Assembly: GCA_951406725.2 (NCBI GenBank)
Contig: OX597814.1
Span: 152,148,001 to 152,212,000, forward strand
Direction: 5' to 3'
From: Octopus vulgaris
Taxonomy: Eukaryota
DNA: 64,000 nucleotides
Shown here: in pieces, positions 41,919-55,129 of the stretch
How positions within the stretch are numbered: position 1 is the stretch's first letter
How the letters are laid out: every line of letters starts with the position of its first letter
Notes under the pieces: model-generated
Seen by the model: the letters and a program-made list of their open reading frames with translations, nothing else
The model's database searches: none
Told to the model about the DNA's origin: nothing
Translations under genes and position numbers: made by a program

Positions 41919-42640
41919 TGTGTTTGATTTTTATCAATGCTCAAAAAGGTCGAAAGATTTAACTGAGATCAATGTGATTTACGACAGATGATACGATCCA
42001 TTCGAACTAACAAAAGAACCTTTGTATTTCTTCATTCAATATTATTATATGTTTTATTTCTTATTTGTATTATTTATTTATTTATCTATTTATTTGCGCT
42101 AGTCAGAGCAAAAGGATTATTACGGTACCGTACGTTGAGACGACCCAATTTCTCTATCAGAAGAATAGAGAGATGTACCAGGCAATTCCTATTGCTATGA
42201 AATTGGCGAAGCAAACTGCATGAATAGTCGTCAGTCAGCTTCACCTGTTGCTAGAGTGAAGGGAGACACAGCCAGACACGTGAAGCCAGCATTTGTAATG
42301 TAATTCACGTTATGTAGTTTATCTTCTATTTTATCATCGACGTTTATCTGCGTGTGTGTTAGCGTGTGCTTATTGTATGCGTGCATATGAATATAATGAC
42401 AAAGGCAAACAGTAGTAAGCATTTAATCCGCTCTCTCTCTCTCTCTCTTTCCCTTTCCCAAACACATACGCGCGCGCACACACACACACACAAATGACTG
42501 TAGCGGGAAAATGAATATGCGAGTGAGGTGACAAAGATGCAAACGATGACTCATGAAATATTCCAAGCTACGTCGAAAAGAAAAAAAAGAACATTCCCTT
42601 TTATACCACTTGTGTGTTTGTACATATAAATATATATATA

Positions 42641-43045
42641 TTTACTCCTTTACTCTTTTACTTGTTTCAGTCATTTTGACTGCGGCCATGCTGGAGCACC
42701 GCCTTTAATCGAGCAACTCGACCCCGGGACTTATTCTTTTGTAAGCCCAGTACTTATTCTATCGGTCTCTTTCGCCGAACTGCTAAGTAACAGGGACATA
42801 AACACATCAGCATCGGTTGTCAAGCAATGCTAGGGGGACAAACACAGAAACACAAACACACACACGCATATATATACATATATACGACGGGCTTCTTTCA
42901 GTTTCCGTCTTCCAAATCCACTCACAAGGCTTTGGTCGGCCCGAGGCTATAGTAGAAGACACTTGCCCAAGGTGCCACGCAGTGGGACTGAACCCGGAAC
43001 CATGTGGTTGGTAAACAAGCTACTTACCACACAGCCACTCCTGCG

Positions 43046-43047
<2 letters not shown>
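42641..43047 (-). mobile_element. SINE family B, near full length
   Basis: The minus strand reads ggcgcaggagtggctgtgtggtaag...gggttcagtccc...ccttgggcaagtg, with an actgaaacaagtaaaagagtaaa tail. Confidence 0.9.
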
Positions 43048-43080
<33 letters not shown>

Positions 43081-43083
<3 letters not shown>

Positions 43084-43364
43084 CTGTAATTCACATATGC
43101 AAAACATCATGTTTCTGATTATAATATATTTCACATCCTTCTCAGTTTCCATTGAAAAAGATTTATCATAGATTTATCTTTTTCAATGGAAAGCTGTGAA
43201 GAAGGATGAAATATATATGCAATGTATATGAATTATATATCAAAAATATATATGAAATATATATTCAATATGTTTATAATCCAGAAACATGATGTTCACA
43301 GATAACCACCAGACTTCGTTTTCGTTATCTATTCCTTCTGTTTTGCATATGTGAATTACAGGGT
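43081..43364. repeat. Nested fold-back element
   Basis: Perfect 26-bp terminal inverted repeat accctgtaattcacatatgcaaaaca, plus two inner inverted pairs. Confidence 0.85.
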
Positions 43365-44714
43365 TTGTCGTGCCCGGAGTCAACTTTGATAGAAATAGGC
43401 ATTCTTGACTGCTATTTCTATTTTTTCGGTATGCGGTCAAGCAACCTGTTTGCCTGTCCCTTTTTCTTATATATATATATACTGAATTACAGAAGTTCCT
43501 GCCGGTTCGGCTCATTTACATACCGAATTCTACCAGTAAACAATTGGGTATATATATTTATACACATTTATATAGCAAATTATTTACTCTTATTATTATA
43601 TTATATATATATATATATATATACATATATATAACATATTTATATATATGTGTGTGTGTATGCATGTATGAATATATGTAAATATGTGTGGGTGTGTGTG
43701 TGTGTGTGCATGTGAGAAGATGCGTAGCTTAGTGGTTAGGGTAATCGGCTCACGATCGTAAGGTCGTGAGTTCGATTCCCGGCGGCGTGTTATGTGTTTG
43801 AGCGAGACACTTTAATTCACGTTGCTCCAGTCTACTCAGTTGGCAAACATGAGTTGTACCTGTATTTCAAAGGAGGCAACCACTCTGTTTCATGCTGAAT
43901 CCCGCTGAGAACTACATTAAGGGTCCGCGCGTCTATGGAGTATTCAGTCATTTGCACGTTTAGTTCATGAGCAGGCTGTTCCGATGATCGGTCAAGTGAC
44001 CTCGTCGTCGTGACCGACGGAGTGAGTGCCAGTTAATATATTTATGTATGTGTATGTGAGTGTATGTGGATGTGCTTGTGTGTGTGTGTGTGTGTGTGTG
44101 TTACCTTTTACCTCTTTCAGTCATTGGACTGCGGCCGTATTAGGGCACCACTATGAAGGTTTTACTCGAACAAATCAACTCCAGTACTTATTCTATCGGC
44201 CCTTTTGCCGAACCGCCAAGTTACGGGGATCGTATTTTACGTCAGTTGTCACGCACACACGCAAACGCACACTCAATTGCATGCTCACTCACACACACAC
44301 ACATACACACATATCGAGAATCAATGTGGGATCTTTTGATTACTTAAAAAATTTGTGACTGAATTTGAAAAGATCCCCAATGTTTACGTGTGTGTGCATG
44401 TGTGCATACGTGCACGTGTATGTGTTCGTTTGCATTTATATATATATGTGTGTGTGTGTGCGTGTGTGTATGTTTGTGTGTGTATGTTTGTGTGTCTGTG
44501 CCCCCCCCCCCCAACATTGCTTGACAACCGATGAAAGTGTGTTTACGTCCCCGTAACTTAGCGGTTCGGCAAAAAGAGACCGATAGAATAAGTTCTAGGC
44601 TTACAAAGAATAAGTCCTGGGGTCGATTTGCTCGACTAAAAGGCGGTCCTCCAGTATGGCTACAGTCAAATGACTGAAACAAGTAAAAGAGTAAAGAGTA
44701 TACATATATATATT

Positions 44715-45146
44715 AGGCACAACTTCATAAGCTAGCCCCATGCTCAATTCGTCCTGTCGAAAGACCCTTGTCCTACGTCCTGGTTTTATTTTGTTGTTTA
44801 TTCTTTATACTTTATTTTTACCGTTATTGTTTTACGTTTTTGTATTCTTATTGTTGTCACGTATTCTGTATTTTTGTTCGTGTACTTCGTTCGTTTTCCG
44901 TCCTCGTGTTGTATACATTCGAAGCTTTCTTCCAGGGGATCTAATGCACTTGGCTTAGATTTCCCGTGGCGGGCTGGCCATATCGGAGCAATCTCAAGAT
45001 TAATCAGCCGAAATTGCTAAGATGATCTGGTTCTTGACTGATGACTGATGACTGAGGGCTTCGAATGTCCCGTCCTGTGGTTCTTGTGTCGTCTCTGTGG
45101 CGTTTCATGTTCTTGTCCATGTCTGTAATTATTTTTACTGTTTACC

Positions 45147-45147
<1 letters not shown>
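44715..45147. repeat. Structured non-coding dispersed repeat inserted in (TA)n
   Basis: Closing helix acattcgaagcttt/agggcttcgaatgt with several inner hairpins. A partial second copy lies at 14741. Confidence 0.75.
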
Positions 45148-45184
<37 letters not shown>

Positions 45185-46094
45185 TGAATATGTGTGTGTG
45201 TTTGTGTGTGTATAAGTAACACATGTATATATGCTTGTATGTATATATTTATGCACTAAACACATACATCTAAGTTTGCGATAGTGGAAGTGTGCGTTTG
45301 TATAAATGATGTTTTTCTTTCCGGATGCTTGAGAAAGTTCAAAACAATGAGTTTATACGAGACGTGGTATTTCACGCACGTCTAATAATATACACATGCA
45401 TGCTTCCTTAAAATAACCCCTATATAAATATAATAGCAAGTGTCTCATTTGTCATCAGAAGTGTAAAAACAGAAACCTAATCTTTCTAACTCAGCCGTAT
45501 GAAAAAAAAAAGAAAGAAAAAAGAAACGAATAAGTGTTGAATAGCTATTTTATCATCAGCAATGGTATACGCAACAAGTCGCCTAGTTTAACATTACTTG
45601 ACAGTTTAGGTGCCTTTAAGCATTCGCTGCTGGCTTTCTGTCTGAAAAATATCACGGTTTCTTGTCATATCTCTTCCAGCATTGCTTTACTTTACTTTAC
45701 TCAGTGCACCGTATTTGTCAAATGAAACGTTTCCGAGCGGAGGTCCGCAGCTAGATACAAGGACGGCCTAGCAACCAGGCCAAAACAGAGATTGGAGTGG
45801 CTGGGCCTTGTGGGCCAGGTGGCTTGCTTCGGACTAGTTGCTTCTTCTGTAGGAGGCAAAGTCCGTAACTTTGGTAAAGAAATATCTTTTTTATAAAAAT
45901 GTTCTAGTTCTTTTATTTGTAAGTACATCGTGTGCACTCAATGTATCTGCATATAACTGTAACGCCATACAGATATAACCCAAATTACTAAAAGACTAAA
46001 CGAACAGTTTAAAATGAGGGGAACAAATTACATCTGACCTGGGTCTCATTACTAATTAAAATAAAGCTACATTTTTTTTTCTTTTTTATTATAG

Positions 46095-46642
46095 GAAGAA
46101 AGCCCGAGGTTATGGGTGAGGGGACTAGTCGATTACATCGACCCAGAATTTCACTGGTACTTAATTTATCGACCCTGAAAGGATGAAAGGCAAAGTCGAC
46201 CTCGACAGCATTTGAACTCAGAACGTAACGACAGACGAAATACCTATTTCTTTACTACTCACAAGGGGCTAAAACAGAGGAGCAAACAAGGAGAGACAAA
46301 CGGGTTAAGTCGATTATATCGATCCCAGTGCGTAACGACCCCGAAAGGATGAAAGGCAAAGCCGACCTCGGCGGAACTTGAACTCAGAACGTAGCGGCAG
46401 ACGAAATACCTATTTCTTTACTACCCACAAGGGGCTAAACACAGAGAGAACAAACAAGGACAGACAAACGAATTAAGTCGATTACATCGATCCCAGTGCG
46501 TAACCGGTACTTAATTTATCGACCCCGAAAGGATGAAAGGCAAAGTCGACCTCGGCGGAATTTGAACTCAGAACGTAGCGGCAGACGAAATACCGCTAAG
46601 CATTTCACCCAGCGTGCTAACGTTTCTGCCAGCTCGCCACCT
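46095..46642 (-). mobile_element. SINE family A trimer
   Basis: Three body units plus a head. Confidence 0.9.
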
Positions 46643-49600
46643 TGATGAAGCTACATTTTACATCAGCCTGAGCCGATTACTTGCTTTGCGCAGGCCTTCT
46701 GTTACGTAACTTTCTAAGAGAATTCTCTGCTCCATCAGCTGGTGCATAACAGCGTGATTTTATCTTCATCAATTCGTGACTGATACCCAACAGAGCTCAA
46801 GATTTCGAGAAATTTCAACCTCCAATCACTGATTTTCAGCTGGGTTATTAACTGGAACCCAAGTTAATGGTGGCTAGTAGGTCGTGCTTATTTCTTTCCC
46901 TCCTATAGATGAAACAAATATTTGAAGAGTAATGCAATTTATATGCATATTTAACAAATTGTTGACACGTTTCAATCTATCACTCACGCGTACATTTATA
47001 ATTAAGCTTAATTCAAGCCAATAAAGGAACCATTACTAATTTGCTAGTCCTACTGAGAAATAGCAGCCAAACCCCTTCCAAATTGTACGTGAGTGTAATA
47101 AAAAAAATGAAGAATACATAAGATAACATAGCTTTAGAGCCTCTCCCTCTGCTTTAAACCTACAGGCGGTATTTATCCGGGTTTTCAAGGCTTTAGGCTG
47201 CGATTACAAAACTCGTACTTCAAGTCCGTAAAAAGGTGCTAATTTTCAATTAAGTGTACCGAAGCAAAGAGGTTGGAATTGTCTTCGTCAAGAACATAAT
47301 GTGCCACTTGCACTAAGAATTGAACACACGATTTACGTAGGTGAGCTTAATTCATTAAACGCTAGGTCATATGCCTTCACTAGTCCTATATACTATAATA
47401 ATGTAAAAGAAAATGACAGAATGTTTCTAAATCGGCTCGAGGGATTAAACAAAGGAACACACTACCTACCAAAAGCCTGCGAGGGAAAACTTATCATATT
47501 AGATCAACTCATTTAAGATCGACTTGGGACTATATGACAACACTCTTTTGTTTCTTCATCTTTTCTCACTAGGTTCGAAATAGGTAACAGCGTGTTCATA
47601 AATAAATTATGACTTTACCATCAATTTACTGCTAAGGCAACAGAGGGTGCTGTGCTGGACATGCTTTTCCTATGAAAGATGATATAACTTTGCACTATGT
47701 ACTGAAATCAGTTTGTCTCTTCGGTTAGTCGAAAACTTTATTTTTACTTTTCACGAGAAATATATTTTTGGCTTTAGAGTAAGGCTTGTTAAATGTTGCT
47801 TACAGACAGACAGATCAGCTCTAAAAAGCAAAGCTCCGTTGTTGTCTCACAAGATATTAACACTTACGTTAATCAACAATACTAACGTAGCAATAGATTT
47901 CTTTTCATATGGATGGCGTCACCAAGTAATTTCTCTTAATAATTTCTTGTAAGATATTAACATCCTTGTGAGCCCACGATAGAGCTCCTATAATGCCAAT
48001 CAAACAATAAGAAAAAGTAGCCATAGCTTCCTCAGATCACACCCTACCTGTCTTAAAAAAGGGATAATGTTGTCCTTGATACTCTATGTCTATAAAGAAA
48101 TATATTCATTTTCATATTGACTTGCTCACAATATTAAACATTTGCTTAGTGATTCTCTCATCACTACTTTGCCAAATAAGAGCGTGTCTATGTTTCGCTC
48201 AGGAGGTTTAATAAGTTCGAAACCAATCCTAAATTATCTCTAATGCTTGCCATAATTATTTATATCATAATAATGGAGCTGTTTCCACGCTATATAGATA
48301 TATTTAGTTCGCTGCGTGGTTACAAAATTTATCTCGCATCTACCCGGTTTCATATTTGATCTCATCGCGTGATTCCTTGAGCAAATATGTTCTACTATAG
48401 CATCGTGTACCATAGCCATGTATGTAGAATTTGACAGACATTAAATGTGCAGAAACTATTGCCTTATTCAACACCACCTTTGGTGACTTAAGTAAAGTTC
48501 ACTTTGAAGAATTCGGATAATTTCTGGATTTCCTCACAGGTTAGCGCAATTGATACGACACTAGACTTTTAAGGAAATATTACATAAAACATCTGAGGCA
48601 CGTGGCCCTTTTTGTTACGACTGTTCGCCTCCTGATCTTCAGGTCATGGGCGCAATTCTTGCACCGGGCAATGTTATGCGTGTTTTTACAAAGCTTTTTT
48701 TTTACTTCATTTATCGTTGCCCCTCACTCTCTAGCTGAGTCAAGAGGAGCGAGGCCGTGATAGTGTTTATGTTTGCATGCTACTGCATGAGCACCGAAAT
48801 CACTTTGCGAAAGCATGATACATGCTTTGAAGTTATACTCCGTTGATATGACGGAGGCTTTGAATGGGGTCACGCGTTCTGTCCCTCCTTCGATTGATTC
48901 ATAGAATAAAAGTAAACATTTTTGCTATAAGGTACGTGGCCTGGTATTTAGGTTTCTAGTTCACGGTCATAATGTCGTGGGTTCGATTGCTGGTCAGAGC
49001 AACACGTTGTATCCTTGAGCAAAGCACTTCATCTCACATTACTCCAATGTGCTCAATTAAAGCAATACCAGCTGGCCACAGGGACATTTCCCTCTCATCT
49101 TTCTTGAGGATGTGCAGAATGAAGGGTAGGAGCAACGAGACGATGTCTACATCTATTTTCATCTACATAGTCATTTATAACAATTAGCGAAAGCATGGTA
49201 CATACCGCCAGGTCATACCCGCTTATGAGTGACATCTATGATGTTTTAATTATATTACCCAAGTTAAGGTGGCGTGCTTGAAGAATCGTTAGAGCAACGG
49301 ATAAAATGTCGAGTGACATTTCTTCCAGCTCGTTACGCCGAACGTCAACTTTTGCTTCGCATTCTTTCGGGTCCTACAAAATAAAATAGTAGTCATATGT
49401 GGGGGGTCGATGTAATCGACTTGAGCTCTACCCTACTATTATTGGCCATGTGCCAAAATAGGAAATAATTAGGTTAGAGATTTATAAATATTTGGTTGCT
49501 GCTAATATTAGCGGGTCTAGAAGTTTTCACAGTTGGTCGCATTTACATGTTTGTGTGTGTGTGAGGCGCTTCTCAACCACATGGTTCTGGGTTCAGTCCC

Positions 49601-49698
49601 ACTGCCTAGCACCTTGAGCAAGTGTCATCTATTATAGACGCGGGCCGACCGAAGCCTTGTGAGTGGATTTAGTAGGCAGAAACTGAAAGACGCTTGTC

Positions 49699-49741
<43 letters not shown>

Positions 49742-49929
49742 TATATGTCTTTGTTTGCCCTTCCACCATCCTTGAGAACCGGTGTTGCTGTATTTATGTC
49801 CCTGTAGCCTAGAGGTTCGACAAAAAAACTGATAAAATATGTACTGGGCTTAAAAAAAAAAAGTCCTGACTAAAAATTTAAGATGGTGCCCCAGTATGGC
49901 AGCAATCTATTGACTGAAACAAATAAAAG

Positions 49930-50003
<74 letters not shown>

Positions 50004-50202
50004 TAGATAGGGAAAGGGCGAGAGAGATTGAAAGAGAAAGAAAGAGACTAAGGGAGAGAGGGGGAAATATAATATATATATATATATAATAGATTTTAAC
50101 AAATAACCTGGTAACCCTTCCATAACCCCATGCCCTACGTAAAGAGAAAAAAATGCAAAATAACAAGAGCAACAACAATACTACTACTACTACTACTACT
50201 AC

Positions 50203-50251
<49 letters not shown>

Positions 50252-50855
50252 TTTTTAAATAACCGTAAGCTAAAAATTTTATTCAATTGAAAAATCAGTA
50301 CACGAGGACACCGCCATTCCATATTAACGTTTGCACATTTGAAGTAAAAGAGCAGCGAGGGAATATTTAATATTCACCAATGTACTTATTTATTTATTTA
50401 TTGTTTTCAAATTGGAGCTATTCTAGCTTTTCTCTAATTCCCATGTGATGATATTGGTGGTGTTTTTTTATCTCTTTTTTATCCATTTTTTTCTGTTTTT
50501 TTTTTTAGGCGAGCTAAAAAGAAGGTAGCAAGTTCTGAATGCTCGTCCTCTTTACATACAACCTAATACTAACCCTCTATCAGTCTCTCTGTCTCTATAT
50601 CTGATAAACATCTTTCACTCGTTTATAACAAACTGATAAAACATTCCAGCTTTCAATTTTCCTAACTCACTTTCTTACTACCTTACTTCTGACGTTTTTT
50701 ACCTTCTCCAAATATTATTGTTAGTTCTTCTTTTTCTTCTTCTCTTGCATTTTCCCTCCCTTCTCTCTTTTCTTTCCTTTTTGTATTTTGTTCCTACTGC
50801 TTCATATTTTTCAATTTCATAATATAAATCTCTACATCCCAACAAGACTATTAGC

Positions 50856-50893
<38 letters not shown>

Positions 50894-50909
50894 CTATCCT
50901 ATCTATCTG

Positions 50910-50951
<42 letters not shown>

Positions 50952-51008
50952 AATCTATCTTATCTATCTGTCTGTCTGTATGTCTGTCTGTCTCTTTCTC
51001 TATATATG

Positions 51009-51046
<38 letters not shown>

Positions 51047-51062
51047 ACACACGCATATAATA

Positions 51063-51093
<31 letters not shown>

Positions 51094-51714
51094 GTGCGTG
51101 TGTTTGTGTTGTATAACATGCATGCACATTTTAAACACACACATATGTTACATAGACATATACTTACACATACACACGCATATATACACACACACATATA
51201 TGTATAAATATAGTGACATCTTACATATATGCGTTCGTGTGTGTGTGTGTGTGTGTGTGTATAGTAAATATCATGTACACGTGCTTTTCACTGTATGTGT
51301 GTGTACATGTGTGTATATGTATATACATGTATGACACTGAGCAGCTACGTTCGAATACACACGTATGCACAGTGATCTCTCTCTCCCACTCTCTCTCTCT
51401 CCCTCCCTCTCCCACTCTCTCTCTCCATTCTTCCTCTTCTCCATTCTTCCCTTCTCCACCTTATTTTCCTGCCGCCTTCACCCTGTCTCTCTCTTCCTCT
51501 CCATTTCTATCCATACCTCCTTTCTACCTCTTTCTATCCCTCTCCTTACAGCCTCCGAGCTCTAGTCATCCTCTCATTTTGCTTACTCCCCCCCACTTCA
51601 TTTTCTTCTTTTTTATTTCCTTCACGTCTTCTCTTCCCTTAGTCTTAACTCTCCTCTCACTTTCTCTCACTCACACATACATACAATGTCGCTCTCCCTT
51701 TTTTTCTCTCACAC

Positions 51715-52083
51715 ATATTGTCTCCCCCTCTCTCTCTCTCTCTTACTTTGTCTCACCCACACATACACTCAATCTTTCTCTCTCGCCCCTCTCTCTCTCT
51801 CTCTTACCTTGTCTCACTCACGCATACACTCAATCTTTCTCTCTCTCTCCCTCTCTCTCTCTCTCTCTTACTTTGTCTCACTCACACATGCACTCAATCT
51901 TTCTCTCTCCCCCTCACTCTCTCTCTTACCTTGTCTCACTCACACATACACTCAATCTTTCTCTCTCTCTCCCCCTCTCTCTCTCTCTCTCTCTTACTTT
52001 GTCTCACTCACACATGCACTCAATCTTTCTCTCTCCCCCTCACTCTCTCTCTCTTACCTTGTCTCACTCACACATACACTCAA

Positions 52084-52131
<48 letters not shown>

Positions 52132-52157
52132 TTTGTCTCACACACATACACTCAATC

Positions 52158-52188
<31 letters not shown>

Positions 52189-52233
52189 TACCTTGTCACA
52201 CTCACACATACACTCAATCTTTCTCTCTCTCTC

Positions 52234-52280
<47 letters not shown>

Positions 52281-52303
52281 CTTGTCTCACTCACACATAC
52301 ACT

Positions 52304-52346
<43 letters not shown>

Positions 52347-52372
52347 CTTGTCTCACTCACACATACACTCAA

Positions 52373-52422
<50 letters not shown>
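51715..52422. repeat. Minisatellite, about 11 units of cttacYttgtctcactcacacatacactcaatcttt(ct)n
   Basis: Direct reading. It explains the 242-405 aa S/L-rich ORFs. Confidence 0.92.
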
Positions 52423-53035
52423 CTCTATGAATATCTACAACATTAAGTAATATTTCCTTTTGTGTACATTATGTGATCTCTGTTGAGCGTATCAATATGT
52501 CTGTACACATGTTAACGCAAGAATAGATGTGCATTTGTGTGTACGCATTTGTGTGTACACATATGTGTGTGTGTATGTGTGTGATTGTTTATATGTATGT
52601 GTGTTTGCTTGTGTATATGTATTAGTAGGTGAAAATTGTGTGTGTTTGTGACATGCCCTTATGAGCGTGAACTTGTGCGCGCGTAGGTCTGTGTTTGTGC
52701 GTGTATGTATGTATTTGTGTGTGTGTGGCTGAATGTGTAACATTTATACATATACTTACACATATCTATATCCATACAATTACCCAAACACACACACACA
52801 AACACAAACTTACACACATAGATAACTGCACACGTTCACCTATACGAACATGCGGACAGATACATAAAAACTCACACATATACACGTTCATCTTCACATA
52901 CTCTCATACATACAGTTACACGCATCCACACACATACACACACACACATACACATACACAAAGGCATTCAGGCGAACTGTCAAACATACATACATACATA
53001 CATACATACATGCACACATACACACACACATACAT

Positions 53036-53066
<31 letters not shown>

Positions 53067-53923
53067 TACATACATACATACATACATACATACATAAATA
53101 AATACATACATACATACATACATACGTACACACACGTATTTACACAAATATACGTGTTTGTGTTTGTTTTGGGGGAATATTTCTATGTCAACATAGCGAC
53201 AATTACAACAGCAGTGGTGGTTTTGGTAGTGGTGGTGATGGTGGTGGTGGTGAAGAAGGACTAGGAGGAGGACGAGGAGAGTGGTGGTAGTGGTGGTGAT
53301 GTTGGTGATGATGTAGAATATGAAGATGAAGTTGAGGAAGAAGACAATTTTTATGATGATGATGATGATGATGATGAGTATGATGATGGCGAATAGGATG
53401 ATGGTGGGGGGGGGGGGGGCAAGATTGTATAATTGTGTAATAATGATAATTACTGTTGTTGTTTAGGTTCATGTTACTTCTGATCAAGCAGATTTACCTT
53501 AAAAAGACGTTCCAACCATGACCATCTAAAAATACATCATCGTGTATTATCTGTCACGATTTGCAGGAGATCCCGCTGCTATTTTTGCAAGGTGGTGCCA
53601 CATAGAGCTTTCTTTGTTGGATCGATGCGGTAATGAGTGCTTTGTTAATGAAAATAATAATCCTTTCTTGACCCCAGTGCGTATCTGGTATTTAATTTAT
53701 CGACCTCTAAAGGATGAAAGACAAAGTCGACCTCGGCGGAATTTGAACTCAGAACGTAGCGGTAAACGAAATACCGCTAAGCATTTCACCCACCTTGCTA
53801 ACGATTATGCCAGCTTTAATAATAATAATGACGATGGGGATGGAAAGATCAGTGTTGATCAGGAGTGCAATGATGATGATGATGATGATGATGAGAAAGA
53901 TAATGATGGTGAGAGTGTCTCTA

Positions 53924-53955
<32 letters not shown>

Positions 53956-54044
53956 GGTGGTGGTGGTGGTGATAGTGGTGGTTGTCGTCGTCGTGGCATT
54001 GTCGATTGGCGTCATCGTCATTGCGATAATCTACATTAGATCAT

Positions 54045-54762
54045 AAGGCGGCGAGCTGGCTGAAACGTTAGCACGCCGGGCGAAATGCGTAGCCGTATTT
54101 CGTCTGCTGTTACGTTCTGAGTTCAAATTCCGCCGAGGTCGACTTTGCCTTTCATCCTTTCGGGGTCGATAAATTAAGTACCAGTTACGCACTGGAGTCG
54201 ATATAATCGATTTAATCCGTTTGTCTGTCCTTGTTTGTCCTCTCTGTGTTTAGCGCCTTGTGGGTAGTAAAGAAATAGGTATTTCGTCTGTCTTTACGTT
54301 CTTGCTGACCTTATAACCAAAATTTGAAACCAATACTTCTATTGCTCTTTGTCTGCACGCCGGGCGGAATGCTTAGCGGTATTTTGTCTGCTGTTACGTT
54401 CTGAGTTCAAATTCCGCCGAGGTCGTCTTTGCCTTTCATCCTTTCGGAGGGAGATGAATTAAGTACCAGTTATGCATTGGAGTCGATGTAATCGACATAA
54501 TCCCTTTGTCTGTCCTTGTTTGCCCCCTCTATGTTTAGCCCCTTGTGGGCAATAAAGAAATAAGAAACATTAGCACGCTAGGCGAAATGCATAACGTTAT
54601 TTCGTCTGTCTTTACGTTCTAAGTTCAAGTTCCGCCGAGGTCGTCTTTGCCTTTCATCCATTCGGGGTCGATGAATTAAGTACCAGTTGCGTAATGGAGT
54701 CGATACGATCGACTGGACCCCTCCCCCCAAAGTTCGGACTTTGTGCCTAGAATAGAAAAGAA
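54045..54762 (+). mobile_element. SINE family A tandem cluster
   Basis: Several heads and bodies in tandem. Confidence 0.9.
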
Positions 54763-55055
54763 TCTACTGTTGATCCATACTTCTCAGTGTATGTAAACAC
54801 TCGTATGCATTTTATTTGCACCTACACATACATACACATACAAGTGCACACACACACACACTCACACATACCTAGTGATGCATACACATACAAGAACATG
54901 TACACACAGGCACTCATATACACTCGCTCACAAACACAAACAGAAACACGTGCGTATATAGAGTAGTATGTTGTTAGCAGTGTTCGTGCGATCTCGTTGC
55001 CGCATGCGTTTGTATATGCCAATGTCTGAGCGGAACGGGATCTCCCCTCACTCAC

Positions 55056-55129
<74 letters not shown>

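Noticed and set aside
41296-41962. Repeating ORFs and CRISPR-like periodicity
   Set aside because: The units are long and fully repeated with no unique spacers, the context is eukaryotic, and there are no cas genes.
42985-43047. tRNA-like A/B boxes here and at 31340 and 43718
   Set aside because: These are SINE heads without a full cloverleaf, not tRNA genes.
45700-45880. GC-rich island after an acceptor-like tract
   Set aside because: All plus frames contain stops. It may be a LINE 3' remnant, but this is not supportable.
51213-52450. ORFs of 242-405 aa
   Set aside because: They are translations of a CT-rich minisatellite that lacks stop codons.
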